64,000 bases of DNA from Candidatus Woesebacteria bacterium. GTDB taxonomy: Bacteria; Patescibacteriota; Microgenomatia; UBA1400; UBA1396. Each line of letters opens with the position of its first letter. Position 1 is the first letter of the stretch. The notes beneath the pieces were generated by a model. That model had not been told where the DNA came from. It was given only the letters and a program-made list of their open reading frames with translations, and did no database searches. The DNA lies in assembly GCA_021208605.1 (NCBI GenBank), contig JAJOJK010000002.1:103851-167850 (forward strand), in the 5' to 3' direction. Position numbers and translations under genes: made by a program. This document shows, in pieces, positions 9,680 through 17,835 of the stretch.

Positions 9680-9910
9680 TTATTCTGCAATCACTTTTTT
9701 GGCTTTAGTTGTGTCCATTTCTTGAAATACTTGACCTCGCTTATCCGTAAACTGGCGAGTACCTGTTAGGGGTTTAGCCGTTGGTTTAGTGCCGAGTTGG
9801 GTAGTGATATTTATCATACTCTGGCTAAACGATGGGGCACGATTGAGCATTTGTTGGTACGCTTGCTTGTTTATAGGTGCTGTAGGAACATTTTTACTCT
9901 GGTCTGACAT
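9680..9910 (-). CDS. Hypothetical 76-aa protein of the element
   Basis: Start MSDQSK lies 6 nt after TATGAT. Confidence 0.55.
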   Translation of the reverse strand: MSDQSKNVPTAPINKQAYQQMLNRAPSFSQSMINITTQLGTKPTAKPLTGTRQFTDKRGQVFQEMDTTKAKKVIAE

Positions 9911-10063
9911 AGTTGCATCATAATACAAAGAACATCCTGCTTCCATCCTGATTTTGAGTCAATAATGCATAATCACGCATATCTTTTTCTAGTTGTGGGA
10001 GCTGTACCAGTTGTTTGATAAAATCAAAAGCAAGTTCGAAAGTAGTCAATGACTGCCGACTCT

Positions 10064-10096
10064 AAAAAAAACAAGCCAATTTGGCTTGTTTTTTTT
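10064..10096. terminator. Bidirectional Rho-independent terminator
   Basis: A8-CAAGCCA-ATT-TGGCTTG-T8. Confidence 0.88.
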
Positions 10097-10203
10097 GGTT
10101 GTGGAGCATAAGAGCGAGTCATCAGATAAAAAATAAACGCTGGCGGAAATAAACTAGGGCACTCCAGATACCATTCAAATATTTCTGTTAAACTATTTTA
10201 TAT

Positions 10204-11094
10204 ATGTCAGAGCTCAACCTCACCTTTGAAGAAATGGCTGCCCAGAGAGATCAAGGGTTTCGTCCAGAGCAAAACACAGAAAATCGTCAATTTTTCACAA
10301 CAAGAAACAGAAGATGAAAATCAACTCTTTGCCAGAGCACAAGAGTATGTTCAACGTGGCAAACTCGCACGGGACTCTCAAGATGAACAGCCTCTTCAGC
10401 AGATAAATGAAGAAATTGTAAATGATCCAAAAATGCAGAAATTTATGCAACAACGAGGAATCCAGCTCGAACCGATTCCTCAAGAAAATGCAGAAAACCC
10501 TGAGGCAGCAGTAACAACCTCAGAAAGTGAGAGCTCACCAACTCCTCAGGCGGGAAACGGATCATCTCTAACCGCAAGTACCCTCAGTGGAGTCGAGACT
10601 GGCCCAGAGCAACAGCTCAGCAAAGCAGAGCAAATCAAGCTGCAGGATATTCAAAATGCAACAGAAAAACTCAATCGAACCTTCTTTGACCTGACACAAA
10701 GACTTCGACACCAAGAAAATAGAAGTATGATTGAACTAACAGGCGAAGATGGTCAAAAAAGTTGGCCGATTGTTGTCATTTTCTTTGGCAGTGAAAGAGA
10801 TACCGCCAAAGACGAAATAAAAATGCTGAATTCTCTAGAAGCCGAAATGGAAGAATTAGCCACAAAAATAAATATCGTCACTACTCCACAAGAAGCAAAA
10901 AAGAAATTGAACAACATACACAAATATCTGACTGGATTACCAGATTTAAAGACAATGAAGAAACTATTCGCAATGTAGTTGACGACTACGCAGAAGAATT
11001 AGACGATGCATCCCAACAACTCAACACAATGACTGCACTCGCCTACGAACTTGTTGAGCAGTATGATGAAATCCAAAAACTCCTACAGCAATAA
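10204..11094 (+). CDS. Hypothetical Q/E-rich coiled-coil protein with two apparent frameshifts
   Basis: The ATG 10204 frame joins ORF 10226-10978 at the T5 run (~10291). A third frame continues (KDNEETIRNVVDDY...) to TAA 11094 after GATTTAAA (~10945). Confidence 0.6.
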
Positions 11095-11102
11095 ACTCAG
11101 AG

Positions 11103-12263
11103 CTACCGAACTAACTTACTTGCCATTGCGAGAAGTTTGTGACGCAAACGCGTGCGTCGACTCGGGCGAAAGGCACGATTGAGCATTTTAATGTAGTTAT
11201 CATATATCCGCTCCATATCTGCTGCAGTCAGTTCTTGGTTCGGAGGCGTTGTTATACCATCTGATGTCTCAAATCGAGTTGAGTACTCAGGGTTCAAAGC
11301 CCAAGCAAAAAACGACGCAACTTGGTCATAGTGCAATCCATTTTGCTGACAATAACGTCTCAGTTGCTCATTACTGGCCTGGGGATCAAAATGAATTTTC
11401 TGAACCAGCTGTAACATATTGGGATTATAGATATCATAAATATTGCCATTTATGGGTAGATGCGATAACAAAAAATTTTCATCTGTAACTTTAAAATATA
11501 AGATTGAGGTCAGTGTATAAAAAAGTGATTTCAAAGTTTGTAAGTGCTGTCCAGCTGTTTCTGGATTCATCCATTCAGCCGTGCCAGGAAAGTAAAATTC
11601 TCTTTTATCTCCCACTAAACGAGCATCAGCGAAGTCTATCCATTTTGAAAAAAGAGATCCATCGGTAGCAAAGGTGACATTATCTGGTTTAGCATCTTGC
11701 ACAATAATGCCTGATCGAGCCAACTTATACGCTCCCGTGATGAGACTTTGTCCATATTGAATCACCTGGCCGGCAGAGAACACCCCAGCCGGCATATGCT
11801 CATAGTGAGGACTTCCGACGTACTCCATAACAACTATTGGAGACTCGCCAGCGACGTAATCTACTCGTTTCACCACATGATTTGTTCTTTGGAAGCCTGT
11901 AGAAAGGACTCTTGCTTCATACTCGATTTTTTCGGCTATGTCTGGAACTGAAAAACCTGCTTTTTTAAGAACTACCGGCTTGCGGCGAAATACATCAAAA
12001 GCACGAGAAACAGGAAAGTGAATATCTCTATTCAATTGTGACTCTGGCATTGTGCTTACAACATACGTTCCAGTATGCCCCTGCAAAATATCTAATTTGC
12101 CGGATTCGTAAGCCTGGGAGAGATTATCGATGCCAAGAGCTTGACAGACCTCGGCTTCCATTTGACGATGTAGTATCTGCTGGAGTGCTGCATCAATAGC
12201 AGAGGGATGACTCACTACACCATCTGGCCGATACTGTCTCTCATGTATACTTGCTTGCACCAT
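11103..12263 (-). CDS. Hanks-type Ser/Thr protein kinase (divergent)
   Basis: VVLKK, YEARVL, VVMEYV, QDAKPDN, IDFA, GTAEWMNPE. Confidence 0.8.
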   Translation of the reverse strand: MVQASIHERQYRPDGVVSHPSAIDAALQQILHRQMEAEVCQALGIDNLSQAYESGKLDILQGHTGTYVVSTMPESQLNRDIHFPVSRAFDVFRRKPVVLKKAGFSVPDIAEKIEYEARVLSTGFQRTNHVVKRVDYVAGESPIVVMEYVGSPHYEHMPAGVFSAGQVIQYGQSLITGAYKLARSGIIVQDAKPDNVTFATDGSLFSKWIDFADARLVGDKREFYFPGTAEWMNPETAGQHLQTLKSLFYTLTSILYFKVTDENFLLSHLPINGNIYDIYNPNMLQLVQKIHFDPQASNEQLRRYCQQNGLHYDQVASFFAWALNPEYSTRFETSDGITTPPNQELTAADMERIYDNYIKMLNRAFRPSRRTRLRHKLLAMASKLVR

Positions 12264-12290
12264 ATTGCAATTTTACCAAATATATACAAT

Positions 12291-12322
12291 AAAAAAAGCG
12301 CAGACAACGTCTGCGCTTTTTT
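12291..12322. terminator. Bidirectional-type Rho-independent terminator
   Basis: A7-GCGCAGAC-AAC-GTCTGCGC-T6. Confidence 0.88.
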
Positions 12323-12339
12323 AGACATATCTGATCTCT

Positions 12340-12846
12340 TTATCGCAACTGTCGCTTAGCAGATAAGCCGCCGAGCAAAGCAGGCTTAACACGGTAGTGT
12401 TGTGCACGCAAAGATTTTTGGATTTCAGGAGTAAGCTGTTCAACTCTCTGGCTTCGAATATCGTAACGACCCTCACCTTGAAACTGAGCTGCACCGTATT
12501 CATTAATACCGAGGAATCTTAAAATAGTACCGCTAAAAATATTACCAGGCTGCGAGGCCCCATCAGTAGCTTCAACAATAGCCTGAATGCTCCGCATAGC
12601 TACAACCAACTCGGTTTGCGCAACAAGCTGTTCTTTACTCACCAACTCTGGAAGTGCGTACAAGTTTTGTTGGCTTCTATCCTTCACAATGTGATATGTA
12701 CCGTTATCCTCAAACGCTTCTTGAAAAACTACCTCTAAACCACTAAGTAGAGTAGCTCGAACAAAATTTCCATTTACAACTTGTTCAGCATCCAGATCAC
12801 CAAAGGAATAAAGTACCACCCCTTTTGTTTCAGCTCGCTGTGTCAT
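12340..12846 (-). CDS. Hypothetical protein
   Basis: 168-aa ORF with an AAGGAAGG RBS and a terminator downstream. Confidence 0.7.
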   Translation of the reverse strand: MTQRAETKGVVLYSFGDLDAEQVVNGNFVRATLLSGLEVVFQEAFEDNGTYHIVKDRSQQNLYALPELVSKEQLVAQTELVVAMRSIQAIVEATDGASQPGNIFSGTILRFLGINEYGAAQFQGEGRYDIRSQRVEQLTPEIQKSLRAQHYRVKPALLGGLSAKRQLR

Positions 12847-13016
12847 TATGACCTTCCTTTTTTTATAAGAAGTGTCTGATTATAAGCACAGCACCGAGAA
12901 AAAACAAACGCAAATATATTCTTTATATCAACATATTAAAATAATTTCTTGACTAACGCAGCGTATACTCCAATGTATGCAAGGAGCAAAAAGAAAAAAG
13001 TTGCTACAATACCGGC

Positions 13017-13979
13017 ATGGCTGTTACTACACTAGAATTACTCCGCATGCCGATATCAAATATTAGCCCGCGCGGGGAGATTACTCAGCCAGAGCGAGGC
13101 GAGGAGCATCGTGGCATTCAACGCACGCTTCAAGCACGTGGAAAGCCTGTATTTTCTCAAGATGGCTTTGGCATCTTTTCTCTGCCCGCTAACAGCCCAC
13201 ACACCAAAGGTCCACATGATGTGTGGTGGTTCAACGACGAACGAACCCCAGAATATATTCACTGGGAAGAAAACTCTTCCGACGCCATTTTTACTGGAAA
13301 TACTCGTTTTTGGCAAACACTCCAAAGACAACTCCATCAAAAACTTGCACACCACGGCGATCAATTTAGAGCCTATAGCTACCTAGGTTTCTTGCTGCCT
13401 GACGACTACCAAAACCTGCCTCCAAACGTGTATTCGCATGGCTTGCAGAGCCAAAAATGTCCACATTGGCACATTACTGAAAGCATCATTCCACATCCAG
13501 CAGATGGCTGGTTAGACGCCAGAAATAGTGACGATCGCAACAATATTGCTCGAGGATTGAATCTTGGCGGCGAAGCTATGGTAGCGCACTTTGAAAAAAC
13601 CCATCCGGCTCTGTTTCAAGGATTTGGCACAAAAATTAAAACTGAACAAACCATTGGCACCGTTTCCCGCGAAAGAACGTTTTTTGCCTTCCGAGATTTA
13701 GCTACGGCGATTCAGGCGAGCATGCAACTTCGTCAAAATCTCACCGCAATGTGGATTGATACTGCTGCCAAGATAGTAGAAGAACAAGAAGTTTTCGCCT
13801 CTGTGGCGCTTACAAGAATACAAAGTGCGATTCCGAACTTTGCGTTTATTATTCCCTCGGTTGAAGATCGTCAACGTGCCAAACGCAAGAACCCAGAAAT
13901 TTGGGTTGCGGTAGGTGCAGTAACGGGAGTACCAGAAATGCTCACCCCTGGTGGTGTGCACTTAAACCGACTCAGATAG
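13017..13979 (+). CDS. Hypothetical protein, possible divergent HIT-superfamily enzyme
   Basis: 320-aa ORF; LQSQKCPHWHI resembles HIT/GalT motifs. Confidence 0.6.
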   Translation: MAVTTLELLRMPISNISPRGEITQPERGEEHRGIQRTLQARGKPVFSQDGFGIFSLPANSPHTKGPHDVWWFNDERTPEYIHWEENSSDAIFTGNTRFWQTLQRQLHQKLAHHGDQFRAYSYLGFLLPDDYQNLPPNVYSHGLQSQKCPHWHITESIIPHPADGWLDARNSDDRNNIARGLNLGGEAMVAHFEKTHPALFQGFGTKIKTEQTIGTVSRERTFFAFRDLATAIQASMQLRQNLTAMWIDTAAKIVEEQEVFASVALTRIQSAIPNFAFIIPSVEDRQRAKRKNPEIWVAVGAVTGVPEMLTPGGVHLNRLR

Positions 13980-15002
13980 CAACCACTCCACAGTCTGTTC
14001 TACTCCGTCTTGAAGAGAAATTTTGGGTGCATAGCCATAAAGCGCCCGAGCACGATTGGTGCTGAAAACATATGTGCTCAACAACGTCTTCACGCGCTGT
14101 GGGTAGAGCGGAACAGCACTACCAGTAATCGCCCGAATCAAACCGAGCGGATAGCTTATGAGCAGGCCGATCCAACCAGGAATCCACCACCGCGGCATCT
14201 CCTTGCCCAAACTCCGATAGATACTCTCTACAACACTTCTATACGGCACCGCTTGCGGCCCGGACATCATAGCCACTCCCGCGGGAACTCTTGCATCCGC
14301 AGCCTGGAGGGTACCATCAACCAAGTCCCGCACATGCACATACTCCATCAGGTTATAGCCAGAACCAATCTGGAAATAGATTCCTTGTTGAATGGCGCGA
14401 ATGAGAGCCGTGGTTGGTCCATTCACATCACCCAGGCCATACACACTCGTAGGGCGAATAATGGCGTACTCTAGCCCATAACGAGCTCTCGCCTTCCGAA
14501 TCCGCTGCTCGGCAATCCACTTGGAGTGACCATATGGATTCGTGAACACTGGCATTTGGGGTGCTCTCTCCTCATTCCAGCCCAAAACCGGTCCGACCTC
14601 TGCCGGAATTCCATGCACCGCCATTGAGCTATAAAATATGAGCCGCTGTAATCCCAATACTTCTCCCGCTTCGAGAATGTTTTGTGTACCAAGCACATTG
14701 GTATCAAAATATGCATTGAGATCTTTGCCAGCGAAATCCGTACGCGCAGCCAGGTGAAATACTATTTTCACGTTTTTCATGGCCTGGAAAACATCAGAGT
14801 ATGACTGGATGTTGCCGCGAACACTTTCGATCGAGTCATTGGGCAAGGGACTAGCTGCTTCCTGATCCCACACAAAGACACGAATGTTCTCTGGCAAACA
14901 CCCCCGCTCAAGCAAGGCTTGCAAGAGGTGTTGGCCAATAAAACCGGTACCACCCGTCACCAGAATGCGATCAGCAGTTGGCTGACAAAAATGGTCCAAC
15001 AT
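13962..15002 (-). CDS. NAD-dependent epimerase/dehydratase (extended SDR, 3-beta-HSD-like)
   Basis: TGGTGFIG, FHLAA, YGHSK, RPTSVYG. Confidence 0.88.
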   Translation of the reverse strand: MLDHFCQPTADRILVTGGTGFIGQHLLQALLERGCLPENIRVFVWDQEAASPLPNDSIESVRGNIQSYSDVFQAMKNVKIVFHLAARTDFAGKDLNAYFDTNVLGTQNILEAGEVLGLQRLIFYSSMAVHGIPAEVGPVLGWNEERAPQMPVFTNPYGHSKWIAEQRIRKARARYGLEYAIIRPTSVYGLGDVNGPTTALIRAIQQGIYFQIGSGYNLMEYVHVRDLVDGTLQAADARVPAGVAMMSGPQAVPYRSVVESIYRSLGKEMPRWWIPGWIGLLISYPLGLIRAITGSAVPLYPQRVKTLLSTYVFSTNRARALYGYAPKISLQDGVEQTVEWLLSESV

Positions 15003-15003
15003 G

Positions 15004-16242
15004 CTATTTCTGCACAGTGGCAATTGCTTCATCTACAGACACAGTAACTTGTTCACCGCTTGTCATATTTTTGAGCTGTACCATACCTTTTTCAGCTTCT
15101 TCCGGACCGACTACAACAACCCAGGGAATACTCAGTTTGTTGGCGTACTTAAATTGTTTCGCAAGTTTCTCAGTACTATTAAAGAGCTCGGTCGATATCC
15201 CGGCTTGGCGGAACTGTTGCGTGACTGCTGCTGAAATACTCTGCTGTTCCTCAGCAAACACGGTAACCAAGACACCAGCACCGAGAATGTCATCCTCCAC
15301 AATCAGATTGAGTGAGTCAACCGCCTCCACGATACGATCAAAACCGAGACCCACGCCGACAGCGGGAAGATCAACTCCACCCAGATCGTTGAGCAAGTTG
15401 TCATAGCGACCACCGCCACCAAGTGAACCACTCGAGAAAGAAGGAGCAACAATCTCAAAAATCATACCGGTGTAGTAATCAAGACCGCGGGCAATAGCTG
15501 GCGAAAAGACCAATGCCTTGGCAGGCACTCCGAGCGACTCAGCAATCGAAAAGATTTCAGCGAGGTTTTTACTTTTCTGAGCTTGCTTCACTGCCTCTAG
15601 AGCGGCGTCCGCACTCTCTTTGGACAGCCCTTTGTCTACTAACTCTGCGGAAACATCTGCTGGGGTCATTTTATCGAGCTTATCGATCGACTGAATAATC
15701 TGCAGAACACTTACCTCGTCGGTAGCAAAAGGAGACAGTGTACTTAAAAGAACCTGACGGTCATTCACGCGAAGTTCTACCTCGGTAAAACCGAGATTCA
15801 CAAAAGCCTGGTAGGTCGTAGCCAAAATCTCGGCATCTGCTAATGGACTAGCACTCCCGACTATATCGATATCACACTGCGTAAATTCGCGATAGCGACC
15901 CTTTTGCGGCTTATCGGCGCGAAACACGTTCTGAATTTGATAGCGTCGAAACGGCAAGGCAATATTAAATCGATTCTCGGCCACCACGCGCGAAAGCGGC
16001 ACCGTCTGATCATAGCGCAGTGCTACTTCGCGACCACCATTATCCACAAATTCGTAAACCAGCTTGTCAGCTTCTTCACCGTACTTACCCATAATGACTT
16101 CTTTATACTCAAGAGTAGGAGTTTCGAGCGGCAAAAAGCCAGACAACTCAAAAGCTGCCACAATCTTCTGTTGCACCCAATTGCGTCGCAACTTCTCAGC
16201 CGGCAAAAAATCCCGAAACCCTTTCAAAGTCTGCGTATTCAT
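15004..16242 (-). CDS. hisS: Histidyl-tRNA synthetase
   Basis: LRYDQTVP, QKGRYREFTQCD, RGLDYYTG, GGGRYD. Confidence 0.98.
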   Translation of the reverse strand: MNTQTLKGFRDFLPAEKLRRNWVQQKIVAAFELSGFLPLETPTLEYKEVIMGKYGEEADKLVYEFVDNGGREVALRYDQTVPLSRVVAENRFNIALPFRRYQIQNVFRADKPQKGRYREFTQCDIDIVGSASPLADAEILATTYQAFVNLGFTEVELRVNDRQVLLSTLSPFATDEVSVLQIIQSIDKLDKMTPADVSAELVDKGLSKESADAALEAVKQAQKSKNLAEIFSIAESLGVPAKALVFSPAIARGLDYYTGMIFEIVAPSFSSGSLGGGGRYDNLLNDLGGVDLPAVGVGLGFDRIVEAVDSLNLIVEDDILGAGVLVTVFAEEQQSISAAVTQQFRQAGISTELFNSTEKLAKQFKYANKLSIPWVVVVGPEEAEKGMVQLKNMTSGEQVTVSVDEAIATVQK

Positions 16243-16331
16243 AGTTTCCCTTTCATCTCTCTTTTATAGTATATCGATATTTGTTTTCGTGCAGAGCAAG
16301 GAACCAACTGCTTCCAGACAAAAACAAATAC

Positions 16332-16354
16332 AAAAAACCCGCTTCTCGGCGGGT
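16332..16354 (-). terminator. Attenuator terminator upstream of hisS
   Basis: Minus strand reads ACCCGC-CGAGAA-GCGGGT-TTTTT. Confidence 0.85.
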
Positions 16355-16383
16355 CTGTCACACAACACGACAACGTCCCCACC

Positions 16384-16431
16384 TTAGAAGCGAGGATGAT
16401 GATGCATGGTGTTCTGTGTAATTTGTTTCAT
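16384..16431 (-). CDS. His leader peptide MKQITQNTMHHHPRF
   Basis: ATG AAA CAA ATT ACA CAG AAC ACC ATG CAT CAT CAT CCT CGC TTC TAA, directly upstream of the terminator and hisS. Confidence 0.82.
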   Translation of the reverse strand: MKQITQNTMHHHPRF

Positions 16432-16446
16432 GCTGCTGGAATTATA

Positions 16447-16806
16447 TCACTTGGTACAAGCGCTGCAGACCCCAAAATAGGTGGCGTGATGGTGATCAAT
16501 CTGAAAACCAGGTATTTCTGGATGCTGTTGCGCGTGACACTCAATCGTCAGAACTCGACCACAAACGTTACAAACCGCGTGGTCATGGTGGTGATTCCGC
16601 AGTTCATACACCACCGTTTGTTCACCCAGAGAAAGTCGACAAATTTCCGCCTTTTCCAACAATCGGTCAAGAGCGCGATAGACACTCGTTTTATTGACTC
16701 GAAAATCTTCTTCCGCCAGTAACTCCACAATTTCTGGACCGCTCAACACATGCTTGCGTTCGAGTAAATCAAGAATAGCTGGTTCGGTAATTGAAGTGCG
16801 GGCCAT
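16447..16806 (-). CDS. Fur-family regulator, probably Zur-like
   Basis: TSVYRAL, HHHDHAVCNVCG, CSAC; divergent from a ZIP transporter gene. Confidence 0.9.
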   Translation of the reverse strand: MARTSITEPAILDLLERKHVLSGPEIVELLAEEDFRVNKTSVYRALDRLLEKAEICRLSLGEQTVVYELRNHHHDHAVCNVCGRVLTIECHAQQHPEIPGFQIDHHHATYFGVCSACTK

Positions 16807-16836
16807 ATACAGTAGTATAAATCATCGTATTGCGTT

Positions 16837-16851
16837 TGCAACTTAGTTGCG
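16837..16851. promoter_or_regulatory. Candidate Fur-family operator (7-1-7 inverted repeat)
   Basis: TGCAACT-T-AGTTGCG between the divergent fur and ZIP genes, next to the ZIP -10-like TATTAT. Confidence 0.6.
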
Positions 16852-16864
16852 TTATTATAGCACG

Positions 16865-17815
16865 ATGCAAAATATATTTCCCCTTTTGATTGCCTCTGGA
16901 ACCATTAGTGCTATCGCTTTTCTCAGTGCGGGACTCTTGAGCCTCTTTCCAAAGAAACTCTCACAGAGTGTACCCTGGTTAGTGGCATTGGCTGCTGGCA
17001 CGCTTTTGAGTTCCACCTTTTTGCACTTAATTCCCGAAAGTTTGGAGCTCTTACCAGCTTCGACAACCCTCGGCTGGACGCTCGCTTCCTTCGTCAGTTT
17101 TTTAATCTTAGAACGCGTCTTTCGTTGGCATCACTGTCATGGTCATGACTGTGACAACCACCGCAGTGTGGGCTACATGAACCTGATCGGTGACGGTGTC
17201 CACAACTTCATTGATGGAATGGTGCTCGCCGCTGCGTTTAGTGTCAGTCCTGCTCTCGGACTCTCCACCACCATCGCCGTCGCAGCCCACGAATTTCCCC
17301 AAGAAATCGGTGATTTCGGTATTCTTATCCACAGTGGATTCTCGCGTGGCGCCGCTCTCTTAGCGAATTTTGGAGTTGCCTGTATGGCAATTACGGGAGC
17401 TTTAGCTGGCGTGCTTTTGAGCCAGTATACCGACGCGCTCAGCACGTATCTTATTCCCATCGCCGCGGGTAGCTTCCTCTATATCGCCACCGTGGACTTG
17501 ATTCCAGAAATTCACCATCGCTTAAAAGGATGGCAAACCGTGGGCTTACTCAGCATGTTCCTACTCGGCCTAGCGATTCTGCCGGTTTCCGAAATTGGTT
17601 TACAGCAACTGGGTATTGAGGTTGCCCACACGCACGCGCACTCAGAAACTGAGCACACTCACGATCACTCCGAAGAATATGCAACCGATACGCATGAGGA
17701 ACACGACGAGTCCACTGCAGAGATTGATTCTCATGAACATGAGGCCGAGCACGAAAATGAAGACGACCATGATCATGAACACGAAAATGATCATGCTCTT
17801 CCCGACACCGAGTAA
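16865..17815 (+). CDS. ZIP-family metal (zinc) transporter with His/acidic C-terminal tail
   Basis: HLIPE, GDGVHNFIDG, HEFPQEIGDF, DLIPE. Confidence 0.93.
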   Translation: MQNIFPLLIASGTISAIAFLSAGLLSLFPKKLSQSVPWLVALAAGTLLSSTFLHLIPESLELLPASTTLGWTLASFVSFLILERVFRWHHCHGHDCDNHRSVGYMNLIGDGVHNFIDGMVLAAAFSVSPALGLSTTIAVAAHEFPQEIGDFGILIHSGFSRGAALLANFGVACMAITGALAGVLLSQYTDALSTYLIPIAAGSFLYIATVDLIPEIHHRLKGWQTVGLLSMFLLGLAILPVSEIGLQQLGIEVAHTHAHSETEHTHDHSEEYATDTHEEHDESTAEIDSHEHEAEHENEDDHDHEHENDHALPDTE

Positions 17816-17835
17816 AAATATGCTATGCTCAGCGC

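Larger units (their letters stand above)
7285..10060 (-). mobile_element. Minimal integrative element at the tRNA-Pro 3' end (large serine recombinase plus three small ORFs)
   Basis: Recombinase abuts the tRNA. CCGAC occurs at 7285-7289 and 10056-10060. Removing the interval places the tRNA directly against the terminator at 10064-10096. All genes are on one strand and AT-richer than the upstream flank. Confidence 0.75.
16332..16449 (-). promoter_or_regulatory. Histidine leader-peptide transcription attenuator
   Basis: Extended -10 TGaTATAAT (16441-16449), a leader ORF with three tandem CAT codons, and mutually exclusive 1:2, 2:3 and 3:4 hairpins. Confidence 0.85.
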
